Shown one piece after another: positions 19,772 to 29,156 of a stretch of 64,000 nucleotides of DNA (its first letter is position 1; each line of letters starts with the position of its first letter). The translations under genes were made by a program, and so were the position numbers. The stretch covers positions 86,823 through 150,822 of the forward strand of contig CAYGJA010000001.1 in the NCBI GenBank assembly GCA_964350165.1. The letters are read 5' to 3'. This DNA comes from an uncultured Candidatus Saccharibacteria bacterium. Lineage in GTDB: Bacteria > Patescibacteriota > Minisyncoccia > Phycocordibacterales > UBA1006. The notes under the pieces were generated by a model, which was not told the DNA's origin, did no database searches, and was given only the letters and a program-made list of their open reading frames with translations.

Positions 19772-21003
19772 ATCTGAAACTCTCCGTCTTTGTAAATAAT
19801 CTGACTACGCCCATCTTTCCAATGAGCGGTCGCCACTCGGTCTGAAGTAGACATGATGTCCGTATGCACAGCTGAGTCATTGTAACCAAGTCTCTTCCAT
19901 TCTTCAGCCGAAACAGTAGAAGGGTCTCCATCATAAGCATCTTTGTATGCACGACCCAAAGCAACATGAGTGTTTCCATATTTACCACCAACATTCTCGT
20001 CATAAAGTGTTTCTCCCATAAACTCAGTAATCCTAGAAAGCCTTTTGTCTGTCAAAGAAAATTCTCCAACCTTGTCAGCATTTTTAACAGCTATCATTTC
20101 CCTAAGAATATCTTGACCGCTCTCTGCTGTCGCTTTGATCACCTTTCCTTTTTTAAATTCCAGAGCGACTCCGGTAATTAAATTCCCATATCTATAGAGT
20201 GGTTGATTAAACTTTATTTTACCTTCTGTCTGCCTCCAATCAGGAGATGTAAAAACCTCAAAACTTGGAATATTTCTTCCTGATCCACCCAGCCATTTTG
20301 TTTTTGGTGGTAAACCAACCCACAAATCAACGCCCTCTCCTTCTATATGAATCCGCTCAATTTTCATTTTGCTTAGTTTTCGTGCCAAACGGGCGACCTC
20401 TTTGAGTATTTTTTTGTTTTCAGCAACAGGATCTTCCTGATCCAAGTAGCAAGCCTTTATAATCTGATCCCAATACTTTTTTTGACTCATTCCAACCTCT
20501 GCAGCCAAAGCTGGAGTACCGTATAGCCCAAGAGTCCAAGTAAACTTTCCAACTGCTTCTTTCTCGTCATACCAATCACTTATTTCTTTTGTGCTCTTGG
20601 TTGACAGCATTATTTTTTTTGGATCAACACCCCTTAAGGCATATTTGTCACTAGGAGCAATAATGCTAATGCTGTGGTCGACAGTATCAACAAGACCTCT
20701 CCAGTATTTTTTAGGTACGTGCTTAATTTGAGCGTCACTAGCCAGGCCATAAAAGTTCTTTGAGAAGTTAAATTCTTCATCATTAGAAGGCAAAAAAACT
20801 GACATGAAATGTCCTCCCGCTTCCAGGACTGATTGCTGTAATGCAAACAACATGGGTTTGGCTATCTCTGGCACGATCACGCGAACGACATCTCCCTTTT
20901 TAATTCCTTTCCCATTATTAAGCGCACACTTTACGAGAACATCTGCGTATTTCTTTATTGTTTTATATTCAGGATGAAACGGCTTTTGTTTTTTTGTGGT
21001 CAT
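19768..21003 (-). CDS. M29 aminopeptidase (AmpS/AmpT family)
   Basis: NIPSFEVFTSP, TLYDEN, HVALGRAY and NDSAVHTD. Confidence 0.93.
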   Translation of the reverse strand: MTTKKQKPFHPEYKTIKKYADVLVKCALNNGKGIKKGDVVRVIVPEIAKPMLFALQQSVLEAGGHFMSVFLPSNDEEFNFSKNFYGLASDAQIKHVPKKYWRGLVDTVDHSISIIAPSDKYALRGVDPKKIMLSTKSTKEISDWYDEKEAVGKFTWTLGLYGTPALAAEVGMSQKKYWDQIIKACYLDQEDPVAENKKILKEVARLARKLSKMKIERIHIEGEGVDLWVGLPPKTKWLGGSGRNIPSFEVFTSPDWRQTEGKIKFNQPLYRYGNLITGVALEFKKGKVIKATAESGQDILREMIAVKNADKVGEFSLTDKRLSRITEFMGETLYDENVGGKYGNTHVALGRAYKDAYDGDPSTVSAEEWKRLGYNDSAVHTDIMSTSDRVATAHWKDGRSQIIYKDGEFQI

Positions 21004-21014
21004 ATTTTTTAAAT

Positions 21015-22433
21015 TTATTTATCTGATTTACGCATAATAACACCTAGCTCGTCGAGCTGCTTTTGGCTCACCGTAGTCGGCGCGCCCATCATCAGATCCT
21101 TGCCTTCTCCTGTCTTGGCAAAAGGAATCACTTCGCGGATATTAGGTTCATCCTGGAGCAACATGACCAAACGATCAAAGCCCCAAGCAATCCCGCCATG
21201 TGGCGGAGTTCCCGAAGCCAGAGCCCGCAACATGTGCCCAAATTTCTGCTCGATAGCTTCGCTGCTGTGACCCAGAATTTCAAAGACACGCTTTAATACT
21301 TCTGGCTTGTGAGCCCGGATGCTTCCTCCGCCAATTTCGAATCCATTGAGAATTACGTCATACTGGCTGGTCAAAATTTCACCAATTTTTTCCCCGGCCA
21401 TGAGGTTGTCTAGGAATTCTGGCTTGGGCTGAGAAAATGGATTGTGAGTAAAGGTCCACTCGCCTTCCGCCTGCGGATCGTCAGAATCATCGGTTCGCTC
21501 AAAGAAAGGAAAATCAATCACCCAAGCAAAAGCTAGCAAGTCTGAATCATTCTTGTCTTCGCGCAAGTCTGGTCGGTCATTACCATATTTTTCCATCGCT
21601 TCGGCATAGGTCAATCGCGGGAATGGTTTTTCCTGGATGCGCTTGTTTGGATACAGTTCTTCTACCAAGGCAATCAAGACGGCTTCGTTAATAGCCATCA
21701 CATCTTCTCGTTCCACAAAACTCATTTCGAGGTCCATCTGCGTGAATTCTGGCTGACGGTCACCGCGAGTATCTTCGTCACGGAGACAGCGGGCAAATTG
21801 GAAATATCGCTCCATGCCAGCCGTCATCAAGAGCTGCTTGTACTGCTGTGGTGATTGCGGCAGGGCGTAGAAATTCCCCGGCCACAACCGAGCGGGCACC
21901 AAATAGTCGCGCGCGCCCTCGGGAGTCGGCGCAGTCAGTAGTGGTGTTTCGATTTCGGTAAAGTTTTCTTTATCCAAATAATCACGGACGAATTTCTGGA
22001 TTTGATAGCGGCGGCGGATATTCTGCTGCATGCGTTCGGTGCGGAGATCAACATACCGATGCTTCAACCTGACCTCTTCGCTGATACCAGCCGAGCTTTC
22101 GGTTACTTCGAATGGTGGTGTTTCGGCTTCGTTCAGCACTTCCATTCCCAAAACCTCTAATTCGATGGTTCCGTTTTCCTGTTCAGCATTTACCATTTTT
22201 TCTGGGCGCTGGTTTACTTTACCCTGCACCATCACCACCCACTCGGGGCGGACGGTCTTGGCTACCTCAGTGGCTTCTGATCCGGGCAATACAATTCCCT
22301 GCACCAATCCTGTCATGTCACGGAAATCAAAAAACACCATCTTGCCCTGGTCACGTCGCACATGAATCCAGCCAGCAATAGTTACTTCCTGATCAACGTG
22401 GTCTTTTAGATCTTTTATATACGTTCGTTTCAT
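21015..22433 (-). CDS. aspS: Aspartate--tRNA ligase (lacks GAD insertion)
   Basis: OB fold, LPQSPQ, RDEDTRGDRQPEFTQ and PPHGGIAWGFDR. Confidence 0.97.
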   Translation of the reverse strand: MKRTYIKDLKDHVDQEVTIAGWIHVRRDQGKMVFFDFRDMTGLVQGIVLPGSEATEVAKTVRPEWVVMVQGKVNQRPEKMVNAEQENGTIELEVLGMEVLNEAETPPFEVTESSAGISEEVRLKHRYVDLRTERMQQNIRRRYQIQKFVRDYLDKENFTEIETPLLTAPTPEGARDYLVPARLWPGNFYALPQSPQQYKQLLMTAGMERYFQFARCLRDEDTRGDRQPEFTQMDLEMSFVEREDVMAINEAVLIALVEELYPNKRIQEKPFPRLTYAEAMEKYGNDRPDLREDKNDSDLLAFAWVIDFPFFERTDDSDDPQAEGEWTFTHNPFSQPKPEFLDNLMAGEKIGEILTSQYDVILNGFEIGGGSIRAHKPEVLKRVFEILGHSSEAIEQKFGHMLRALASGTPPHGGIAWGFDRLVMLLQDEPNIREVIPFAKTGEGKDLMMGAPTTVSQKQLDELGVIMRKSDK

Positions 22434-22659
22434 ATTTTTTAGCTTATCTCTCATGGATAAAATAAGTGTTTTTTAAAAGGCTTGCGGAGGCGCATAAAGC
22501 GCCGAGCAGAAAACTTGATTCGTACTTTTAAAAACTGGCTTATTTTATCAATGAGTTTTGCCAGTTTCTTCTCGGACGAAATCTCGCTTGGGCGCCCCAG
22601 CCAAACCCACCCGCCTGGCGCTCGGTTTGCCCGACAAGAAACTGTGTGAATAATTTTTC

Positions 22660-22815
22660 CCAAAAACAAAATCGCCCTTACATGATTACCAAAAAATTGA
22701 TAAGCATGTAGGGACGATTGGTATCGCGGTGCCACCCTACTTCCCGATTGCTCGGGCTCTTTTGGGATTCTGTTGTCCACCTCGACCAGGGTCACAGACT
22801 GGTGTCATTGATGTG
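22660..22815 (-). ncRNA. T-box riboswitch (Asp specifier) upstream of aspS
   Basis: AAGTAGGGTGGCACCGCG...CGTCCCTAC antiterminator; GAC specifier at 22793-22791; overlapping terminator; -10 TATAAT at 22826-22821. Confidence 0.88.
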
Positions 22816-22839
22816 TGGTTATTATAGATAAGGAAAAAA

Positions 22840-23814
22840 TTAAATCAATCCCACTGCTTTTTTCACCTCTTCCATTTTGGCGCCAGCTACTTCGTTGGCG
22901 CGAGCGGCTCCCTGGGCCAGAATATCCGCTACTCGAGCTGGGTCTTTTTCATATATTTCCCGGCGCTCGCGCATGGGTTCGATAAATTCGCGTAATTGTG
23001 CGAACAATAATTCCTTGGCTTCTTTGTACCCCATTTCCCCACTGGCGTAGCGTTGTTTTTGATAGCTTAGCTGGTCGCTTTCTAGGAACAGGCTGATGAG
23101 GGTAAATAGCGTATCGCTGGCATCATTGGGTGAACCCTTTGGGTTGGATCCAGTCACTACGCCCATAACAGCAGACAGGATTTCCTCGTCGCTAGCAAAC
23201 AACGGAATAGTGTTGCCATAGCTTTTGGACATTTTTTGACCATCGACACCAGGCACCACGGCTACTTCGTCCATGATCAAGGCTTCGGGTGATTTGAAAA
23301 TTTCGTTGTTCCATGTCCGGTGAAATTTTTCGGCAGTGTCCCGAGTGTATTCGATGTGCTGTTTTTGATCTTGCCCTACCGGCACTACGTCGGCGCTGTA
23401 CAGCAGAATATCGGTAGCCATTAGCATGGGGTAATTAAAGGTCCCGACACTGATATCTTTGTTCTTGGCTTCGGAATCCTTGAAGGCATGCGCTCGCATC
23501 AAGAACGGCATAGTGGTAATACATTCGAATATCCAGGCCAATTCCGCATGATACGCGACGTCTGATTGTCGGAATATCGTGACTCGGTCTGGATCTAGTC
23601 CGCTCCCCAAATAATCCAGGACTAATTCATGGGTAAAGTGTCGGAGCAAATCGGCATCCTGGACCGTGGTCAAAGCATGGAGGTCCGCCACCATAACAAA
23701 AGTATCGTATTCGTTCTGCAGCGATACGAACTGGCGCAAAGCGCCGAGGTAGTTCCCAAGATGCGGTCGGCCTGTTGGTTTGATTCCTGACAGGAGGCGT
23801 TTTTGTGTTTGCAT
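22840..23814 (-). CDS. trpS: Tryptophan--tRNA ligase
   Basis: SGIKPTG, HLGNY, VPVGQDQKQH and KMSKS. Confidence 0.97.
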   Translation of the reverse strand: MQTQKRLLSGIKPTGRPHLGNYLGALRQFVSLQNEYDTFVMVADLHALTTVQDADLLRHFTHELVLDYLGSGLDPDRVTIFRQSDVAYHAELAWIFECITTMPFLMRAHAFKDSEAKNKDISVGTFNYPMLMATDILLYSADVVPVGQDQKQHIEYTRDTAEKFHRTWNNEIFKSPEALIMDEVAVVPGVDGQKMSKSYGNTIPLFASDEEILSAVMGVVTGSNPKGSPNDASDTLFTLISLFLESDQLSYQKQRYASGEMGYKEAKELLFAQLREFIEPMRERREIYEKDPARVADILAQGAARANEVAGAKMEEVKKAVGLI

Positions 23815-24012
23815 AGGGTTAGTATAACAAAGGCTAAGCAAAAAAATAAAGCCCTCCTCCTAAAAAAATAGGGGAGGGCTCTCACTACTACCACTAAACT
23901 TATCGGTATAATAACAGACATGGTTTTTTTGTCAAGCACTTTGTCCACTCTTTGCACAGGGCGGGGGTTGCAGACGGTTGGGAGACCTAGATGGTACAAT
24001 CGGAATACCAAT

Positions 24013-25431
24013 ATGGCCAAAGAGTACGAAAAGAAAAAACCAGCTGCCCGCCCCAACCTGGCGGGCCGTGTTCCACCCAACAGTATCGAGGCCGAACAAG
24101 CCCTCCTGGGTGGTCTGATGCTGCGCCCGGTGGCCTTGTCTGACATTATGGACAGCGTATCTGCCGATTCTTTTTATTCTGGCAAGCATCGCAAAATATT
24201 TGAAACCATGATGGAGCTGTTCCAAAAAAACGAGCCCATCGACCTCGTCACCGTTAGTGGACGTCTTCGCGACAAAAACGAACTCGCCCAAACAGGCGGT
24301 GCCTCCTACTTGGCTGAACTCACTAACCTAGTCCCCGCTTCCATTAATGTCAACTATTACGCGGAATTAGTTAGTCGCAAAAGCGCGCTTCGCAACCTAA
24401 TCGTGGTTGGCGACGAGCTCAGCCAGCTGGGATACACCGAATCTGAGGATATCGAAGAGATAATGGACCAAGCCGAGAAAAAAGTTTTTGCTATCACCAG
24501 CAATTCCGGCAAAAACGCCCGCTTTGTTGGTATCAAGGAAATCCTTCCCGAAGTTTGGGAAAACATGGAAAAACTCAGCAACATGGATGGCGAGATTCGC
24601 GGTGTGCCAAGTGGCTTTCCTGATCTGGACAACAAACTCGCCGGCTTTCAAAAATCAGACCTGGTCATTTTGGCAGCCAGGCCTTCTATGGGAAAGACCT
24701 CTCTTGCCCTCGACATCGCCCGCCAAGCCACGTTGCACCACAACATACCAGTGGGCTTCTTTTCGCTCGAAATGAGTTCTCAGGCGCTCGTAGACCGCAT
24801 GTTATCGGCCGAAGCAGGGGTTGATTCTTGGAAAATGCGCACCGGAAAAGCCCTTACCGAAGATGATTATGAAAAAATCCAAGGCGCCATGTCCAGGCTT
24901 TCAAAAGCCCCCCTGTATATTGATGACCAACCTGGCTCCACCATGCTACGCATGCGTTCGGTCGCCAGACGTCTCAAGAGTGACCATGGGCTTGGAATGA
25001 TTATGGTCGACTATCTCCAACTCATTCTTCCCGGACAACGTTATGATTCGATGGTAAATCAAATCACCGAAATTTCCCGCGCCCTCAAAAACCTTGCCCG
25101 CGAGCTCGACGTCCCTGTCATCGCTCTGTCACAGCTCTCTCGTGCCGTCGAAGCCCGTGGCGGCAAGCCTCGCCTATCCGACCTTCGCGACTCTGGTGCC
25201 ATTGAACAAGACGCCGACGTGGTGATGTTTATTCACCGTGAAAAAAACGAAGACGGTGGCGGTCGTACCAACGCTGCCGAAGTACTTATCGAGAAACACC
25301 GTAACGGCCCCACTGGAATCGTGCAGCTCTACTTTGATGCCGACAAGACCAGCTTTGTTTCCATTGACTCATCCGAATACGAAGGCATGCCTCCGTCATC
25401 GCAACCAGCCGAAGTTTTTGGCGGTTTTTAA
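24013..25431 (+). CDS. dnaB: Replicative DNA helicase
   Basis: PPNSIEAEQ, ARPSMGKT, VDYLQL and LRDSGAIEQDAD. Confidence 0.98.
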   Translation: MAKEYEKKKPAARPNLAGRVPPNSIEAEQALLGGLMLRPVALSDIMDSVSADSFYSGKHRKIFETMMELFQKNEPIDLVTVSGRLRDKNELAQTGGASYLAELTNLVPASINVNYYAELVSRKSALRNLIVVGDELSQLGYTESEDIEEIMDQAEKKVFAITSNSGKNARFVGIKEILPEVWENMEKLSNMDGEIRGVPSGFPDLDNKLAGFQKSDLVILAARPSMGKTSLALDIARQATLHHNIPVGFFSLEMSSQALVDRMLSAEAGVDSWKMRTGKALTEDDYEKIQGAMSRLSKAPLYIDDQPGSTMLRMRSVARRLKSDHGLGMIMVDYLQLILPGQRYDSMVNQITEISRALKNLARELDVPVIALSQLSRAVEARGGKPRLSDLRDSGAIEQDADVVMFIHREKNEDGGGRTNAAEVLIEKHRNGPTGIVQLYFDADKTSFVSIDSSEYEGMPPSSQPAEVFGGF

Positions 25432-25440
25432 TTTTTCTGT

Positions 25441-26055
25441 ATGCAAGAATTCGATCAACTCGTAGAACATTTGCGCAAATTTCCTGGCGTCGGCAATCGC
25501 CAGGCTCGGCGTTTTGCTTATTTTTTATTGCGTAGCAATCGTTCGTATACTGACGAACTCGTGTCTCTCTTACGCCAGAACAAAACCCACATGAAATTAT
25601 GCCCGGTGAGTTTTCAATATTTTTATAGCGATAATCCAGCAACAACCACCGCCCCAATTGTGCGCGATCCTAATCGTGACCGTAGCACGCTCATGATCGT
25701 AACCAAAGACATGGACATCGAAGCTGTCGAACAGACCCATGTTTACAAAGGTTGGTATTTTGTCCTTGGTGGCCTGGTCCCGATTGTTTCATCTCGGTCT
25801 CCGGTTCAACTTCGTATCGATGACCTCAAAGAACAAATAACCAAGCGCTCGGGAGAAATCAAAGAAGTTATCTTTGGGCTCCCTCTCACGCCAGATGGCG
25901 AACACACCAGACAACACCTCCAGGCACTCCTGGACCCCCTTTCACGTGAACACGGCTTTGCCATGAGCACCCTAGGCCGTGGACTATCTACCGGAACCGA
26001 GCTCGAATACATAGACGAAGCAACGTTTACCAATGCCCTCACCAATCGCGGATAA
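25441..26055 (+). CDS. recR: Recombination mediator RecR (degenerate zinc finger)
   Basis: FPGVGNRQARR, YFVLGG, TPDGEHT and GTELEYIDE. Confidence 0.92.
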   Translation: MQEFDQLVEHLRKFPGVGNRQARRFAYFLLRSNRSYTDELVSLLRQNKTHMKLCPVSFQYFYSDNPATTTAPIVRDPNRDRSTLMIVTKDMDIEAVEQTHVYKGWYFVLGGLVPIVSSRSPVQLRIDDLKEQITKRSGEIKEVIFGLPLTPDGEHTRQHLQALLDPLSREHGFAMSTLGRGLSTGTELEYIDEATFTNALTNRG

Positions 26056-26070
26056 TTAAAATTATACAAA

Positions 26071-26103
26071 ACAAAAACCCCTGGTCTAATCAGGAGTTTT
26101 TGT
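26071..26103. terminator. Bidirectional terminator between recR and rplU
   Basis: acaaaaacccctg...caggagtttttgt. Confidence 0.6.
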
Positions 26104-26125
26104 AAAAGGAGAATGAAAAAATGTT

Positions 26126-26461
26126 TTATTTGATGGCTGCGATTTTGATCTTGGTGAAGGGCTGTCGGTGACCATACGTACGGGTGTAGCGAGACTTGGC
26201 TCGGAACCGGTGTACGCGGGTTTTGGCTCCCTGTCCTTCGTCTTCAAAAATCCCTTGGACTTCGGCTCCTGAGACATACGGTGCGCCAACCTTGGTATCA
26301 GCACCTGTATCCACCAAAAGAACCTTGTCAAAAGTGATCTTATCGCCAGACTTAAAGCCTTCGTAGTGTTTATCAAGCATGATCACATCACCGACGGCAA
26401 CTTTGTATTGTTTGCCTGCGGTTTCAATGACTGCAAATTCTTTGGTTTCTGTATTTGCCAT
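26126..26461 (-). CDS. rplU: 50S ribosomal protein L21
   Basis: AVIETAGKQYKV and GHRQPFT. Confidence 0.97.
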   Translation of the reverse strand: MANTETKEFAVIETAGKQYKVAVGDVIMLDKHYEGFKSGDKITFDKVLLVDTGADTKVGAPYVSGAEVQGIFEDEGQGAKTRVHRFRAKSRYTRTYGHRQPFTKIKIAAIK

Positions 26462-26545
26462 AACGTGTTCGATTATACGAATTCCCCACAATATTGCAAG
26501 CTCACCTTTCTCTTGACTAAAATAACTACACGTGTTTCTATCTGG

Positions 26546-26593
26546 AAAATCAAAATCAAAATCAAAATGGAAATCAAAATGGAAATGGAAAAG
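26546..26593 (+). repeat. Hexamer tandem repeat, about 8 units of (A/G)AAAT(C/G)
   Basis: aaaatc x3, aaaatg, gaaatc, aaaatg, gaaatg, gaaaag. Confidence 0.8.
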
Positions 26594-26791
26594 GGGCCAA
26601 GAAAGCTGGCCCCATCAAGGGTAACCCTCTACTTGTTGGTAGTAGGGGTGATTTTTTTTCTACTGTGGGGAGCCACGTTGGCAATAGACCCCCCACAAAG
26701 CTTGGCCATTGAGCTGTTGGCCCAATGGAAACACGCCCTGTTTCTGACGGGGACAATGCTGGTGACAACCAGCACGTGGAGATGGTTCTAG
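26567..26791 (+). CDS. Small two-TM hypothetical protein
   Basis: 74 aa from the first ATG; two hydrophobic segments. Confidence 0.55.
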   Translation: MEIKMEMEKGPRKLAPSRVTLYLLVVGVIFFLLWGATLAIDPPQSLAIELLAQWKHALFLTGTMLVTTSTWRWF

Positions 26792-26860
26792 CCATCTTCT
26801 GGAAAAATAAAAGGAAGCACTCTCTAACGTGTCTTCCTTTTTTTGTAATATAATAAAACC

Positions 26861-27775
26861 ATGCAATTTTCTCATACGTACAAAAAAATCACCTGGACCA
26901 ATCTAGAAAAGCCGACCACCAACGAAGTTCGCGATCTCATGGAAAAATATGATCTGCACCCCGTAATTGCCGAAGAGCTTCTCGATCCTAGTATTCGCCC
27001 CAAAGTAGACCTCCACAAAAACTGCCTTTATCTCATTCTCCACTTTCCCAAACCTGGCAGCAGCCGTACTGGCGACACCCAAGAAGTCGATTTTATTATT
27101 GGCAAAGATTTCATCATCACCGCCCACTACGACACCGTCGACCCACTGCACACTTTTTCACGCATGTTCGAAGTGAATTCTATTCTCGACAAGAGCGAGA
27201 TGGGGGCACATGCTGGTTTTCTCTTTTTCTACATGATTAGAGACATCTACCGAGAACTCGGCCTTGAATTAAATGAGCTAGAAAAAGACCTACGCTACAT
27301 AGAAGAACGTATTTTTGGTGGCCAAGAAAAACGCATGGTCGAAAAAATATCTCGCACCAACCGTGCCCTTCTAGAGACCAAACAAGCCCTCCGTTTCCAT
27401 GCCAAAGTTCTAGAATCTCTCGAGCAAGCCGGAGCGGCTTTCTTTGGCAATGGCTTTGAGTATTATCTCGGATCAATAACCAACGAATATCACAAAGTCT
27501 ACGAAGTCGTATTAGGCCAAAAAGAGCTCATGGACGATCTACGTACCACCAACGATGCCCTCCTAACCAATCGCACCAACGACATCATGCGTGTTCTCAC
27601 CATCATCGCTTTTACAGTGACCCCCATCAATCTCGCTACCCAACTCTTGGCCATGAACACCGAAGTCTCTTTCTTGCAAAATGTAAGCGACGGGCCATTC
27701 TTTATTATCCTGGGCCTCACCAGTCTGTCTGCTCTGGGTATGTTTTACTACTTTAAAAAACAGCAATGGGTCTAG
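26861..27775 (+). CDS. corA: CorA-family divalent cation transporter
   Basis: LHP..EELL, RPKVD, NDIMRVLT; two C-terminal TMs; AMN in place of GMN. Confidence 0.9.
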   Translation: MQFSHTYKKITWTNLEKPTTNEVRDLMEKYDLHPVIAEELLDPSIRPKVDLHKNCLYLILHFPKPGSSRTGDTQEVDFIIGKDFIITAHYDTVDPLHTFSRMFEVNSILDKSEMGAHAGFLFFYMIRDIYRELGLELNELEKDLRYIEERIFGGQEKRMVEKISRTNRALLETKQALRFHAKVLESLEQAGAAFFGNGFEYYLGSITNEYHKVYEVVLGQKELMDDLRTTNDALLTNRTNDIMRVLTIIAFTVTPINLATQLLAMNTEVSFLQNVSDGPFFIILGLTSLSALGMFYYFKKQQWV

Positions 27776-27779
27776 AACT

Positions 27780-29156
27780 ATGGATATCCGCCTCTACAAC
27801 AGTCTGACAAAAAAAATAGAGTTATTCACTCCGCTCAAACCAGGCAAAGTAAAAATGTATCACTGTGGACCAACCGTCTACGACGATGTCCACATTGGCA
27901 ATCTGCGGGCTTTTTTCTTGGCGGACATTATTCGCCGGGTATTTGAATGGAATCAATACGAAGTCCTTCAGGTCATGAATATTACAGATGTTGGCCACCT
28001 CTCTGATGACGGCGACCATGGTGATGACAAAATGACCCGCGCCCTTGTTCGAGAGAAAAAAACCATCACCCTAGAATCCATGCTCGAAGTAGCCACCAAA
28101 TACAAAAGTCGTTTTGTGGAAGACCTCGACAGTATGAACATCCAGCGACCCCACCATTTGCCGAGAGCCAGCGAACACATTCAGGAAGACATCGCAATGA
28201 TAGAAAAATTAGCCAAAGCTGGTCACACCTACGAAACAGATGATTCTGTATATTTTGATACGCAAAGTTACCCAGACTATGGTCAACTAGGCCTCGCCCC
28301 CCTTGATGATAATCATTCTCGAACTGGAATAGATCAAGATAAAAAAAGCCCTCGCGATTTTGCTCTATGGAAAAAGAACAACAATCTCGGCTGGGAAAGC
28401 CCTTGGGGCAAAGGATTCCCTGGTTGGCATATCGAATGCTCGGGAATGTCTACCAAATTCCTGGGAAATCATTTTGATATTCATACCGGCGGCATCGATC
28501 TCCTCCCCACTCACCATAACAACGAGATTGCACAATCAGTCTGCAGTACCGAAGAACCCTTTGTGAATTATTGGCTACACAACGAACATTTGGGACTCAA
28601 AAATACAAAAATGTCTAAATCAACCGGGAACAGTATCACTCTGCGCACCCTAGCAAAAGAAGGTTTTTCTGGTCTTGATTATCGCTATTGGTTGCTTCAG
28701 AGCAGTTATCGTAGCCAAGTAGATTTCTCATTAGAAAATCTGACGGCTGCCAAAACCGCCCGAGAACGTCTCCAAAAACACGCAACAGCCGAGAGTCTCG
28801 CCGAAATCCCAGACGCCTCTCCCTATTGGCAAAAATTTACAGATGCTATCAACAACGACCTAGGCACACCCGAAGCTCTTGGCATTGCCTGGGAAGTAGC
28901 CAAAGACAAAAAGCTCTCAGATAATTTTCGTTCTTCTCTTTTGTTAAAATTCGACGAAGTACTTGGTGTTTTTGAAAATGACCAAGAAGCAGAAGCGCTA
29001 GAGATTCCAGAAATTGTACTATCCTTGGCCGAAGAGAGAGAAGAAGCTCGAGCTACGGGCGACTGGGATCAAGCTGATTTTTTGCGGACAGAAATCAGAA
29101 CCTATGGCTACACCATCGCCGACGGGCCAGACGGTACTACGTTTGAAAAAATCTAA
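27780..29156 (+). CDS. cysS: Cysteine--tRNA ligase
   Basis: CGPTVY, HIGN, PGWHIECS and KMSKS. Confidence 0.98.
   Translation: MDIRLYNSLTKKIELFTPLKPGKVKMYHCGPTVYDDVHIGNLRAFFLADIIRRVFEWNQYEVLQVMNITDVGHLSDDGDHGDDKMTRALVREKKTITLESMLEVATKYKSRFVEDLDSMNIQRPHHLPRASEHIQEDIAMIEKLAKAGHTYETDDSVYFDTQSYPDYGQLGLAPLDDNHSRTGIDQDKKSPRDFALWKKNNNLGWESPWGKGFPGWHIECSGMSTKFLGNHFDIHTGGIDLLPTHHNNEIAQSVCSTEEPFVNYWLHNEHLGLKNTKMSKSTGNSITLRTLAKEGFSGLDYRYWLLQSSYRSQVDFSLENLTAAKTARERLQKHATAESLAEIPDASPYWQKFTDAINNDLGTPEALGIAWEVAKDKKLSDNFRSSLLLKFDEVLGVFENDQEAEALEIPEIVLSLAEEREEARATGDWDQADFLRTEIRTYGYTIADGPDGTTFEKI

Noticed and set aside
22451-22795. 114-aa ORF upstream of aspS
   Set aside because: It coincides with the T-box and hairpins and has no protein-like features
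23850-23880. Hairpin between the divergent trpS and dnaB as a riboswitch
   Set aside because: It lies upstream of both -10 elements and has no T-box motif; function cannot be supported
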